Assembly: GCA_965199495.1 (NCBI GenBank)
Contig: CBDASK010000003.1
Location: forward strand, 2,112,001 to 2,176,000
DNA: 64,000 bases
Direction of reading: 5' to 3'
From: Abditibacterium sp.
GTDB lineage: Bacteria > Armatimonadota > Abditibacteriia > Abditibacteriales > Abditibacteriaceae
Shown: piece after piece, positions 19,665 to 29,032 of the stretch
Layout of the letters: every line of letters starts with the position of its first letter
How positions within the stretch are numbered: the stretch's first letter is position 1
Program-made: the position numbers and the translations under genes
The notes under the pieces: generated by a model
What the model was told of the DNA's origin: nothing
Seen by the model: the letters and a program-made list of their open reading frames with translations, nothing else
The model's database searches: none

Positions 19665-20633
19665 ATGTCCCTTCAAAAAATTCTGCTCGTGCAGCCGCGC
19701 GGCTTTTGCGCCGGAGTCGTGCGCGCGGTCGCCATCGTCGAAGAAGCCCTCGAAATTACCACGCCGATTTATGTGCGCAAAGAAATCGTGCATAACAAAC
19801 ACGTCGTGCAGGATTTGCGCGAGCGCGGCGCGGTTTTCGTCAACGAAATCGAGGAAATTCCTGCGGGCGAGCCGGGCAAACCCAGCGTTTGCATCTTTTC
19901 GGCGCACGGCGTCTCGCCCGAAGTGCGTCGTCAGGCCCGCGAAAAAAGCTTGTTTGTCATTGACGCGACTTGCCCGCTCGTCACCAAAGTTCACATGGAG
20001 GCGATTCGTTTCGCCAAAGAGGGCTACTCGATTATTCTCATCGGGCACAACGGCCACGAGGAAGTCGAGGGCACGATGGGCGAAGCGCCCTTTGCCATGA
20101 CGCTGGTCGAATCGGTCGAAGACGTGGAAAATTTGACCTTGCCCGATCCGGAAAAATTGATTTATCTGACGCAAACCACTTTGTCCGTTGACGATACGGC
20201 GGCGATTATCGAAGCGTTGAAACTCAAGTTTCCGCAAATGACGCCGCCGCCCAAAGAAGATATTTGCTATGCGACGACCAACCGCCAGCACGCCGTCAAG
20301 CAGTTGGCGCCTTTATGCGATTTGATTCTGGTCATCGGCGCCAAAAATAGTTCCAACTCGGCGCGCTTGCGCGAAACGGCGGAACTGTGCGGCACGACTT
20401 CTTATTTGATTGACGATCAAACGCAAATCCGCGACGAATGGTTCGACGGCGTAGCGACCGTCGGCATCACGGCGGGCGCGAGTGCGCCGGAAATTTTGGT
20501 GGATCGCGTCATCGAAAATTTGCACGGACGCGGCCCGGACGTGAAAGTCGAAACCCTCGACATTGCCGAAGAAGACGTGTTTTTCAAGTTGCCGACGACG
20601 ATCCAAAAATTGCCAGTTTTGATGAATAATTAG
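19665..20633 (+). CDS. ispH: 4-hydroxy-3-methylbut-2-enyl diphosphate reductase
   Basis: PRGFCAGV, IVHN, FSAHG, DATCPLV, QTT, DICYAT, NSSNS and GITAGASAP. Confidence 0.97.
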   Translation: MSLQKILLVQPRGFCAGVVRAVAIVEEALEITTPIYVRKEIVHNKHVVQDLRERGAVFVNEIEEIPAGEPGKPSVCIFSAHGVSPEVRRQAREKSLFVIDATCPLVTKVHMEAIRFAKEGYSIILIGHNGHEEVEGTMGEAPFAMTLVESVEDVENLTLPDPEKLIYLTQTTLSVDDTAAIIEALKLKFPQMTPPPKEDICYATTNRQHAVKQLAPLCDLILVIGAKNSSNSARLRETAELCGTTSYLIDDQTQIRDEWFDGVATVGITAGASAPEILVDRVIENLHGRGPDVKVETLDIAEEDVFFKLPTTIQKLPVLMNN

Positions 20634-20737
20634 CCACGAAAAAGCACAAAAGCAACAAAAAAGTTTGGAAGAAAGCGTTTAAAATGCGGGCGCTTTCTTC
20701 CAAACTTTTTTGTTGCTTTTGTGCTTTTTCGTAGCTA
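20631..20737. repeat. Long near-perfect inverted repeat, also a probable bidirectional terminator
   Basis: About 47-bp arms TAGCCACGAAAAAGCACAAAAGCAACAAAAAAGTTTGGAAGAAAGCG with one mismatch, between convergent genes. Confidence 0.85.
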
Positions 20738-20740
20738 AAA

Positions 20741-21874
20741 TTAACTTAAAGCCGCGTATTCCGGTAACGCGCCGCCCAAAAGTGGGCGCGCCCAATCCAA
20801 AAATTCGTCCGAGACATTGGTTTCGCCCGCGATGAATTCGTCGGGGAAAACGCGCGGGAACTCTTCGACTTGATCGAGTTGAAGCGTCTGCTCGATGACT
20901 TTGTAACCGCGTTCGCCGCGCGCTTCGCCTTCGCGGCCAATTGCCACGACGTAACCGCTCAAATCGTCGTCGGCCAAGCGCACGATGAGTTGGCCCAGAT
21001 TATAGGCTTCCTCGGCGTCGCCGCGCGCGATGTTGGCGCCCGAAACGCTGGTCGTCAGGCCCAAGCGGTCGTATCTGGCGGGCAAATTCAATCTTGTCGA
21101 AAGTTGTTCGGTCAGGCTGGCGGCGTCCAAAGCATTGCCGTTTTTGTCGCGCGCGGCGTCGGTCGTCACGACGACGACATAGCCGTGTTTCTGGTGCGCG
21201 CGGCGCATTTCCTCGACCAATTCATCCAGATCAACCTGCCGTTCGGGCAGCAAAATCGCGTGGGGCGCCGAGTTGAACTCGTCGCGCGCCAGCGCCGTGG
21301 CTGCTGCCAGCCAACCGGCTCCGGCGCCGCCAAATTCCAACACCACAATCGGTTCTTCGCCGCCCATCGCGCCGCGCCCGGCGTCGCGCGCCAGCAGCGC
21401 CGCCGCGCGCGCCGCGCTGCCATAGCCGGGGCAATGATCGCCCGCCGCAACTTCGTTTTCGGGCGAAACCGGCACGCACAAAACGCTCAATTCGTAACCG
21501 GCGGTTTTCGCGGCTTTGACGGCGAATTTGGCGCCTTCGATGGCGGGCAAACCGCCGATGAAAATCAGTGTGCCGATCTCGCGTTTGGTCAACGCTTCGA
21601 TGAGTTTGGGGCCATCTTCGTCGGTCATGGCGCGTGTGCGCCCACCCAAGATCGAGCCGGGCGTGCGCCGCAACGCCTCGACGGTTTTATGCTTTTGCAT
21701 GCCCAAATCAATGATGCGGTCGTCCAAAACGCCGGGCAAACCAGCGATGGCGCCCCACACTTCCAACAAATCGGCGCCTTCGCCGACCTGATCTAAAACG
21801 CCCGCGATGACGCCGTTGGTGATCGCCGTTGGCGCGCCCGCCGCTACAATTAATCCGTTTTCGCCTCTTGCCAT
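20741..21874 (-). CDS. Phosphofructokinase-family protein with degenerate catalytic motifs
   Basis: PFK landmarks are present (LRRTPGSILG, DHCPGYGSAA, AGWLAAA, PHAILLPE), but GGNDS reads GGLPA, PKTIDND reads PVSPENE and MGR reads FGG. Confidence 0.8.
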   Translation of the reverse strand: MARGENGLIVAAGAPTAITNGVIAGVLDQVGEGADLLEVWGAIAGLPGVLDDRIIDLGMQKHKTVEALRRTPGSILGGRTRAMTDEDGPKLIEALTKREIGTLIFIGGLPAIEGAKFAVKAAKTAGYELSVLCVPVSPENEVAAGDHCPGYGSAARAAALLARDAGRGAMGGEEPIVVLEFGGAGAGWLAAATALARDEFNSAPHAILLPERQVDLDELVEEMRRAHQKHGYVVVVTTDAARDKNGNALDAASLTEQLSTRLNLPARYDRLGLTTSVSGANIARGDAEEAYNLGQLIVRLADDDLSGYVVAIGREGEARGERGYKVIEQTLQLDQVEEFPRVFPDEFIAGETNVSDEFLDWARPLLGGALPEYAALS

Positions 21875-21905
21875 AATATTAGTAATTTTATCCTCTGTTT
21901 TGATC

Positions 21906-22062
21906 GAAACGCGCCGGAGACCGCTCGCAAATCCCAAAAGAAAAGCCGATGGCGCCAATGGCGCCTCGGCTCTTGCTTCTCTCACTGCGGTTGCGGCAAC
22001 GGCTGCAACCTTCCACTGCGTTTCAACTCTTACTTTTAAGGTTATCATTTCGGGCGCGTCTC
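21906..22062. ncRNA. Candidate structured RNA (6S-like on the plus strand, or an attenuator leader on the minus strand)
   Basis: The ends pair (GAAACGCGCC/GGCGCGTCTC), there are internal hairpins, and it lies directly upstream of 5-formyl-THF cyclo-ligase. Confidence 0.35.
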
Positions 22063-22105
22063 AACAATCGCACGCCACCAAAATCTGACGTTCAATCGCA
22101 CTTTC

Positions 22106-22684
22106 ATGACGCTTTCTCCCGCCGATATTTCGCGCCAAAAAGCCGAGTTGCGCCGCGAAATGAAGTCATATCGCGCGCAACTCGGCGAACAAGAACGCGC
22201 CCGCGCGTCGCAGAAATTATGCGATATTTTGTCAAATTGGCTGCGCACGCGCGATGAAAATCGCATCGCGATTTATCTGGCGTTGCCCACCGAAATCAAT
22301 CTGGATGCGCTGGGCGCCGAATTAATCGAACGCGATAAAATCGTGTGCGCCCCGCGCTTGGATACAGCCACGGGCACGATGTGTTTCGCGCGCTTGCCCG
22401 ATTTAGACGCTGTGACGCGCGGCGCTTACGGCGTGCGCGAACCGGTTGCGAGCGAGATTGTGCGCCCGCAACTGGCACTCGTGCCCGCTTTGGCTTTCGA
22501 CCAAACCGGCGGACGATTGGGCATGGGCGGCGGCTGGTATGACCGCGCTTTGTCCGATATTTCGGTCAAAGTTGGCGTGGGTTTCGGTGCCCAAATCGTG
22601 GCAAACGTTCCGGTTGAGGCGCACGATATTAAAATGGATTGGTTGGCCAGTGAAACCGGTTTGTGGCGCGTGCAAACGCGTTGA
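22106..22684 (+). CDS. 5-formyltetrahydrofolate cyclo-ligase
   Basis: KAELR, YGVREP, LVPALAFD..GGRLGMGGGWYDR and VEAHDIKMD. Confidence 0.93.
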   Translation: MTLSPADISRQKAELRREMKSYRAQLGEQERARASQKLCDILSNWLRTRDENRIAIYLALPTEINLDALGAELIERDKIVCAPRLDTATGTMCFARLPDLDAVTRGAYGVREPVASEIVRPQLALVPALAFDQTGGRLGMGGGWYDRALSDISVKVGVGFGAQIVANVPVEAHDIKMDWLASETGLWRVQTR

Positions 22685-22737
22685 TCCATTCGCGGGAACA
22701 TTTTTTCTCGCAATCCGGTCACACTTTCCGATAACCG

Positions 22738-25700
22738 ATGAAATCCCTCTTTCGATTCGCCGCTCTGGCGACGCTGCTCCTGTTTTTCTGCGCTGTTTCG
22801 GCGCGCGCACAAAACGCTATGAAACCTAATTTGCGCCAACAGGCCGATGCCGCGTTTAACGAGAAATCGTATGCGCGCGCCGTCGAGCTTTACCGTCAAG
22901 TCAAAGCCGCCGGGCCGTCGCTCGACGAAGCGATTGTCAATTATAATATCGCGGTCTCGCTTTTCAAAATGGAAAAGTGGGACGACGCGATTAAAGCGGC
23001 CAATTACACCCTCGAAAACTCCGATTGGAAGGCGCGCGTTTTGTATTTGCTGGGCCAAATTTACGTCAAAGTTCCGCATCAGGGCTACGAAGTGAACGGC
23101 CAAATTTATCGCGGCGACGAATATCCCGTCGTCGCGGGCGCCGAAAAACCGGAATTGAAATATATCGCGAACGAAGACCAGAAACAGGCGCTCGATTATT
23201 TCGAGAGCGCCAAAGTCGCCGCGCAAAAAGAGCGTTATAACGCCGAACATAATAAATATTTCGCGCCGATTTACCCGATGGCCGCGCGCGAAGAGATCGA
23301 TTTGAATTTCGATCTCGCGGCTTATTTGCCAATTGCCAGTTTCGACGAGTTCATTAAACAGATGGACGCCGACCCGCAACTCAAAGGCGGCGCAATTGAC
23401 CCGCAGCAAAATTACGATGTCGAATGGATTTTGCCGCGTAAAGTTCTGACGCTTTACGCCGAAATCCGCGCGTTAGATAACGCCGATAAAAAGCCCGATG
23501 CCGCGCCTTCGTTTTACGCGCAAGGTTTGTTCGAGCGCGCTTATCGCCAGCGCATGGACGGTTGGGCGCGCAAATACGACGAGAAAACCCAAACCACCAT
23601 CACGCGGCCCTATCCGTATAACGACCGCACCGCCGTGGCTTCGTGGCGCGCCCTCGTGACGCAATTTCCCGATTCGAGTCTGGCTCCGCAATGTCTGATT
23701 CTCATCTCGCAAACGCAGCAGCAAGATAGCGACCTGATAGCAGCCACGGCGACGCTGCGCGAACTGATCCAGAAATATCCCAAAACGAAATGGGTTTCCG
23801 ATGCGCGCGCGACTATCGCGCAAATCGAGAAACACGAGGTTTCGTTTGGCATTTCGGAAGCCACGCGGCCCGGCGTGCAGCCGAAATTGAGCGTCAGCGC
23901 GCGCAACGTCAAGACAGTTAATTTCGCGGCTTATAAAGTGAAGTTGGAAGATACTCTGGCGGCGCCGGGCAACCTGAAAAACGCCGATACGCAATTCACC
24001 GAGTTTTCCGAGAATTTCGGCACTATCGCGGCGGCGACCAAAAAATTCGGCCAACCGGTCGCGACGTGGAAATTCGACACGCAGACCAAATCGGATTACC
24101 AACCCACGAACGGCGAAACCCGCGTTCCGGTCGAGAAAATCGGCGCGTATGCGGTTGTCGCCGAAGCGGGCGGCGTGCGGTTCGCTCAAATCGTGGTGAT
24201 TACCGATTTGACGTTGCTCAAGAAAGTGGATAAAAACGGCAGTTTCGTGTTCGTCGCTAACGACAAAACGGGCGAAGCCGTGAACGGCGTCAATGTCATT
24301 TTGAAAGAAACCTGGGATTACAATCCGCGCCTGACCGAATTTGCTCAGGGCCAGTCGAACGATGGCGGATTTTTCGACAAAACACGCAGCTCCAAGGCAG
24401 ATGATAATCGTCAGGTCGAGGCGTTCGCGTGGAGCGGCGACCGTTATGCGCTGACCGGCGCGCAGGGCAACTATTTTGGATACAACGGTGACGGCGAAGA
24501 TCAACGCGCGTTGGGCACGACCGACCGGCCCGTTTATCGGCCCGGCCAGAAAGTCAATTTTCGCCAGATTTTGACGGCGCGCAAAGGCGGCGATTGGAAT
24601 CCACTTGTGGGCGCCACGATTCGCGTGACGGCCACAAATCCCAAAGGCGAAGAGATTTATCGCAAAGATTTCACGTCGAGCGAATTTGGAACTGTTAATG
24701 GCGACTTCCAATTGCCCACCGAAACGCCATTGGGCGTTTACAATGTCAGCGCAATTCTGATTAAAGCCGATAAATCCGAAGACGGTCTGGGCGGCACGCA
24801 ATTTCGCGTTGAAGAATATAAACGGCCCGAATTTGAAGTCACGGTTTCGGCGCCGACCGAAGCCAAACGGCCCGGCGAAGTTGTGGCGGCGCGCATCAAC
24901 GCGAAGTATTATTTCGGCGCGCCCGTTCCCAATGCCAAGGTGAAATATACGGTTCGCAAAGCCAGCTGGTATGCGGGTTATCATTTCCCGTCGCCCTACG
25001 ATTGGCTGTATGCGAGTTGGGGCGTCGGCGATTACGATACCGGACGCCGCAACATCGGTGGCGAAGGTTCGGGCAAGATTATCAAAGAAGGCGAAGTGAC
25101 GACCGACGACAAAGGGTTCGCCGAATTGAGTTTTAAAACCGATGAAATCGAGCCGATTGACGATAACAATTGGTGGGCGCGCTATTCCAATCCGCTTTAT
25201 ACGATTGAAGCCGAAGTGACGGATGCTTCGCGGCGCACGATTGAGGCGCAAGGGCAAGTCAAAGTCGCGCGCCAGCAGTATTTCGCTTTTTTGAATACCG
25301 ACAACGGCTATTTCCAGCAGGGCGACCGCGTGCCAGTTGAACTGCGCACGCAGGACGCCAACGAACAGCCGGTGGCTGCATCGGGCAAGATGGTGGTTTA
25401 CCGTCTGTTGCCGGGCGATAAAGAAGAAAAAGTCTTCGAGCAAGCGATTTCGACCAACGCGCAGGGTTACGCCAAATGGATTTGGGAAGCCAAAGATTCG
25501 GGGCAATTTCGCGTCGAATATCAGGCGACTGACGAGTGGAATCAGGAAGTCAAAGCGTCGCAGGAAATCTGGGTTGTCGGCGACCAAATCGGCGCGGTTC
25601 GCTTGCGCGGCGTGACGATTTTATTGGACAAAGAATCGTATGCCGAAGGCGACACGCTCAAGGCGCGATTGGTGGCTGACAAGCCGGGCGCGACGGTTTT

Positions 25701-28700
25701 GCTGACGCAGGAAGTCGGCGACGAAATTCTGCGGCGCGACGTTTACAAAATTGACGGACAATCGCGCGAAGTTTCGATTCCGATTGACAAATCGAAGGTG
25801 CCGAACTTCTTTTTGTCGGCGGCGTTGGTGCAAGATTATGAGGTTTATCAGGCGCAAACCGAAGTGTTCGTGCCGCCGGTTCGCCAGTTGCTGAACATTA
25901 GTGTGAAAGGCGACAAAGCGGTTTACAAGCCGGGTGAAACCGGAACTTTTGAAGTGACCGCGCTCGATTACGCCGGAAAACCGGCGCGCGCCGAAGTGAG
26001 TCTGGCGCTGATTGACGCGAGTTTGTTTTACATTCAAAAGAGCTTCACGCCCGACGTGCGCGGGTTTTATTACGGCGACCGTCGCAGCGATCAAGTCGGT
26101 CTGGATTCGAGCCGCAGCGGCAACCCGCAGGCGCGGCGCGAAGACGATAACAAATCGCCGAATTACGAAACGCACGGCTTGGAATTGCCCGACGATTTCG
26201 GCCAATTGCAATTGACGCCGGGGCAATTTGGTTACTATTACGGCGGCGGATTTGGCGGGCGCGGCGATATGGAGTTTGCGTCGGCTGTCAATAGAATGCC
26301 GATGAATGCGCCAATGGCAGTTAAGGCGGCGCCCGCACCTCCGGGCGCACCGCGAGCCGCTATGCGAATGAAAGCCGCGAACGAACCCGTGTCCGATGCA
26401 GCCACGCCGTCCGCGCCGCCGGTTGAAGTGCGCTCGAATTTCGCCGAAACCGCATATTGGTCGCCCGCGATTGTCACCGATGGCGGCAAAGCGACGGTGA
26501 AAGTGACTTTCCCCGATTCGCTGACGCAGTGGCACGCTTCGGCTTTGGGTTTGACCAAAACCGTTCAAGTCGGCGAGGCGGAAAGCGATGTCGCGACCAA
26601 AAAAGATTTGCTGGTGCGTTTGCAGGCGCCGCGCTTTTTCGTCGAACGCGACGAAGTGACGATTTCGGCCAACGTGCATAATTACACCGACAAACCACAA
26701 AACGTGACGGTGAATTTAACTTCGCAAGGCGCGACGCAAAGTTTGGACGTAGCTATGGTCAAGCGCGCGCCGCTCGTCATCCAGGCGGGCGAAGAAGCGC
26801 GCGTGGATTGGCCCGTCAAAGTCGTGCGTTCGGGCGAAGCACAAATTCAAGTTACCGCGCAGACAGCCACGGCGTCCGATGGTGTGAAGATGAGTTTTCC
26901 GGTTCTGGTTCATGGCGTGCAGCGCTTCGATGGCAAAGCCGGAGAAATCAAGGGCGACGGCACGACGAAAATCGCGCTCAATTTCCCCCAAGAACGGCAA
27001 TTGGGCGCCAGCCGTTTGAACGTGCAACTCAATCCGAGCTTGGCCGGACAGATGCTCGAAGCGTTGCCGTATTTGGCCGATTATCCTTACGGTTGTGTCG
27101 AGCAAACCATGTCGCGCTTTTTGCCGACCGTCATCGTGCAAAAGACGTTGCGACAAAGCGGCGTTGACCTCGAAACGCTGCGCAAACGCGCGCAGGCTTA
27201 CGACGCGCAAGCCAAAGACGAGCCGGTGAGCGAGCGCATCAAAAACAGCGGTTATTCTTATCCGCAAGGCCAGCCCAACGCGCGCGATTTGAACGAAATG
27301 TCGTCGCAGTTGGGTTATCACGCGCGCTCGAACAATCCGATTTACGACGCCAAAACCGTTGACAAAATGACGCAGGAAGGTTTGCAGCGTTTGGGTTCGA
27401 TGCAACGTAGCGACGGCGGTTGGGGTTGGTGGCCGGGTTCGGAAAACAGCGACGAATATATGTCGGCGTATGTGATGTATGGTTTGTATCAGGCGCGCCG
27501 CGCCGACGTGGCTGTGAAGTCGGACGTCATCAATCGCGGGCGCGATTATCTGGTCAAGCAGATGAAAGATGAAGATAATCTGAATCTGCTGACTTACATC
27601 GCTTATGCGTTGACGCAAGACGCCAATTATAAGTTAGTTGGTCGGCGGCGCGTCATTGCCGATTGGGAAAAAGTCGTGACGGGACGTTTGTTCGAGCAAC
27701 GCGAACGTTTGGCGCCGCTTTCCAAAGCGTATCTGGCGATGACATTGGACAATTTGGGCGACAAAACCAAAGCCAATGTCGTGGTGCGCAATCTCGAAAA
27801 TACCGCCGTGATTGACGCGGCTAACGGCACGGCGCGCTACAAAACGCAACCAGCGTATTGGTATTGGTGGAACAACGATGTCGAAACCGTCGCGTTGGCT
27901 TTGCGCGCGTTCGATCAAATCGAGCCGACTAACAAACTGGCGCCGATGTTGATGAAATGGCTGACGTTGCAAGCGCGCGGCAATCATTATCGCTCGACCA
28001 AAGAAACCGCCGAAGTCGTTTACACGCTCGCCGATTATGTCGTCAAGAACAAGGAATTGGACGTGGATTACACGGTTAAAGTCAATCTCAACGGCAAATT
28101 GGCGCGCACTTATCGCGTCACCAAAGAGAACGCGCTGTGGTTCGATAATCGGTTTATTACCGGGGACGTGTTTTTGCAAGACGGCGAAAATACGTTGACG
28201 ATCGAGAAAGTTGGCAAAGGCAAATTGTATTGGAACGCTTACACCGAATACTTCTCGCTCGAAGAGCCGATCAAAGCGAGCGGCAACGAACTCGAAATTT
28301 CGCGGCGTTTCTTCAAATTGACGCGCAAAGCCGAAACAAAAATCAATCCGATTGTGGAACTCAATCAAATCCCGATAGTTCCGGGACAAAAATTGTTCCG
28401 TAGCAAAATTATCGCGCCAGTTCCGCAGGAAAGTTCCGAACAAGAATACACGCGGACGGAAATCAAGGATGGCGAAACCGTGACGAGCGGCGATTTGATC
28501 GAGGTTGAACTCGTCGTCAACGCCAAAAACGATTACGAATATCTGGTTTTCGAGGACATGAAAGCCGCCGGATTCGAGCCGGTTGATTTGCGTTCGGGCG
28601 CGAGTTACGGCGACGGATTAAGCTCGAACGTCGAACTGCGCGACGAGAAAGTCGCGTTCTTCGTGGATAGATTGCCCCAGGGGCGCCGCGTGTTGCGCTA

Positions 28701-28818
28701 TCGCGTGCGCGCCGAAGTTCCGGGGCAGTTCCACGCGCTTCCGACCAACGGTTACGCGATGTATGCGCCCGAAGTGCGCGCGATTTCGGATGAAATGCGC
28801 GTCGGCGTGAAAGATTAA
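22738..28818 (+). CDS. Bacterial alpha-2-macroglobulin with N-terminal TPR-like region
   Basis: Signal peptide, TDRPVYRPG, FRVEEY, RSNFAETAYW, FPDSLTQW, thioester motif YPYGCVEQ, QRSDGGWGWW and AMYAPE. Confidence 0.95.
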   Translation: MKSLFRFAALATLLLFFCAVSARAQNAMKPNLRQQADAAFNEKSYARAVELYRQVKAAGPSLDEAIVNYNIAVSLFKMEKWDDAIKAANYTLENSDWKARVLYLLGQIYVKVPHQGYEVNGQIYRGDEYPVVAGAEKPELKYIANEDQKQALDYFESAKVAAQKERYNAEHNKYFAPIYPMAAREEIDLNFDLAAYLPIASFDEFIKQMDADPQLKGGAIDPQQNYDVEWILPRKVLTLYAEIRALDNADKKPDAAPSFYAQGLFERAYRQRMDGWARKYDEKTQTTITRPYPYNDRTAVASWRALVTQFPDSSLAPQCLILISQTQQQDSDLIAATATLRELIQKYPKTKWVSDARATIAQIEKHEVSFGISEATRPGVQPKLSVSARNVKTVNFAAYKVKLEDTLAAPGNLKNADTQFTEFSENFGTIAAATKKFGQPVATWKFDTQTKSDYQPTNGETRVPVEKIGAYAVVAEAGGVRFAQIVVITDLTLLKKVDKNGSFVFVANDKTGEAVNGVNVILKETWDYNPRLTEFAQGQSNDGGFFDKTRSSKADDNRQVEAFAWSGDRYALTGAQGNYFGYNGDGEDQRALGTTDRPVYRPGQKVNFRQILTARKGGDWNPLVGATIRVTATNPKGEEIYRKDFTSSEFGTVNGDFQLPTETPLGVYNVSAILIKADKSEDGLGGTQFRVEEYKRPEFEVTVSAPTEAKRPGEVVAARINAKYYFGAPVPNAKVKYTVRKASWYAGYHFPSPYDWLYASWGVGDYDTGRRNIGGEGSGKIIKEGEVTTDDKGFAELSFKTDEIEPIDDNNWWARYSNPLYTIEAEVTDASRRTIEAQGQVKVARQQYFAFLNTDNGYFQQGDRVPVELRTQDANEQPVAASGKMVVYRLLPGDKEEKVFEQAISTNAQGYAKWIWEAKDSGQFRVEYQATDEWNQEVKASQEIWVVGDQIGAVRLRGVTILLDKESYAEGDTLKARLVADKPGATVLLTQEVGDEILRRDVYKIDGQSREVSIPIDKSKVPNFFLSAALVQDYEVYQAQTEVFVPPVRQLLNISVKGDKAVYKPGETGTFEVTALDYAGKPARAEVSLALIDASLFYIQKSFTPDVRGFYYGDRRSDQVGLDSSRSGNPQARREDDNKSPNYETHGLELPDDFGQLQLTPGQFGYYYGGGFGGRGDMEFASAVNRMPMNAPMAVKAAPAPPGAPRAAMRMKAANEPVSDAATPSAPPVEVRSNFAETAYWSPAIVTDGGKATVKVTFPDSLTQWHASALGLTKTVQVGEAESDVATKKDLLVRLQAPRFFVERDEVTISANVHNYTDKPQNVTVNLTSQGATQSLDVAMVKRAPLVIQAGEEARVDWPVKVVRSGEAQIQVTAQTATASDGVKMSFPVLVHGVQRFDGKAGEIKGDGTTKIALNFPQERQLGASRLNVQLNPSLAGQMLEALPYLADYPYGCVEQTMSRFLPTVIVQKTLRQSGVDLETLRKRAQAYDAQAKDEPVSERIKNSGYSYPQGQPNARDLNEMSSQLGYHARSNNPIYDAKTVDKMTQEGLQRLGSMQRSDGGWGWWPGSENSDEYMSAYVMYGLYQARRADVAVKSDVINRGRDYLVKQMKDEDNLNLLTYIAYALTQDANYKLVGRRRVIADWEKVVTGRLFEQRERLAPLSKAYLAMTLDNLGDKTKANVVVRNLENTAVIDAANGTARYKTQPAYWYWWNNDVETVALALRAFDQIEPTNKLAPMLMKWLTLQARGNHYRSTKETAEVVYTLADYVVKNKELDVDYTVKVNLNGKLARTYRVTKENALWFDNRFITGDVFLQDGENTLTIEKVGKGKLYWNAYTEYFSLEEPIKASGNELEISRRFFKLTRKAETKINPIVELNQIPIVPGQKLFRSKIIAPVPQESSEQEYTRTEIKDGETVTSGDLIEVELVVNAKNDYEYLVFEDMKAAGFEPVDLRSGASYGDGLSSNVELRDEKVAFFVDRLPQGRRVLRYRVRAEVPGQFHALPTNGYAMYAPEVRAISDEMRVGVKD

Positions 28819-28835
28819 AATCGGATTAGCTATAA

Positions 28836-28880
28836 AACAACAAAAGGCGTTGAAACATTATTTCAACGCCTTTTGTTGTT
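28836..28880 (+). terminator. Intrinsic terminator
   Basis: AACAACAAAAGGCGTTGAAA-loop-TTTCAACGCCTTTTGTTGTT. Confidence 0.8.
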
Positions 28881-29032
28881 TATTCCGGTTGTTTCGCGGG
28901 TAATAAAGAAGATAGTTAAAGGAAATTAAATAAATATAAGAGAGAAAACCCTTGTTTGTTAATTTAAGCAACTTTTTTGCATGATAAGCCGTCCTTCTTC
29001 TCATTCATGAGTTGCTATTTGTCAGATTAATC

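Noticed and set aside
23473..28443. Long minus-strand ORFs (704, 359, 300 and 269 aa)
   Set aside because: They are antisense to the alpha-2-macroglobulin gene and have no recognisable motifs.
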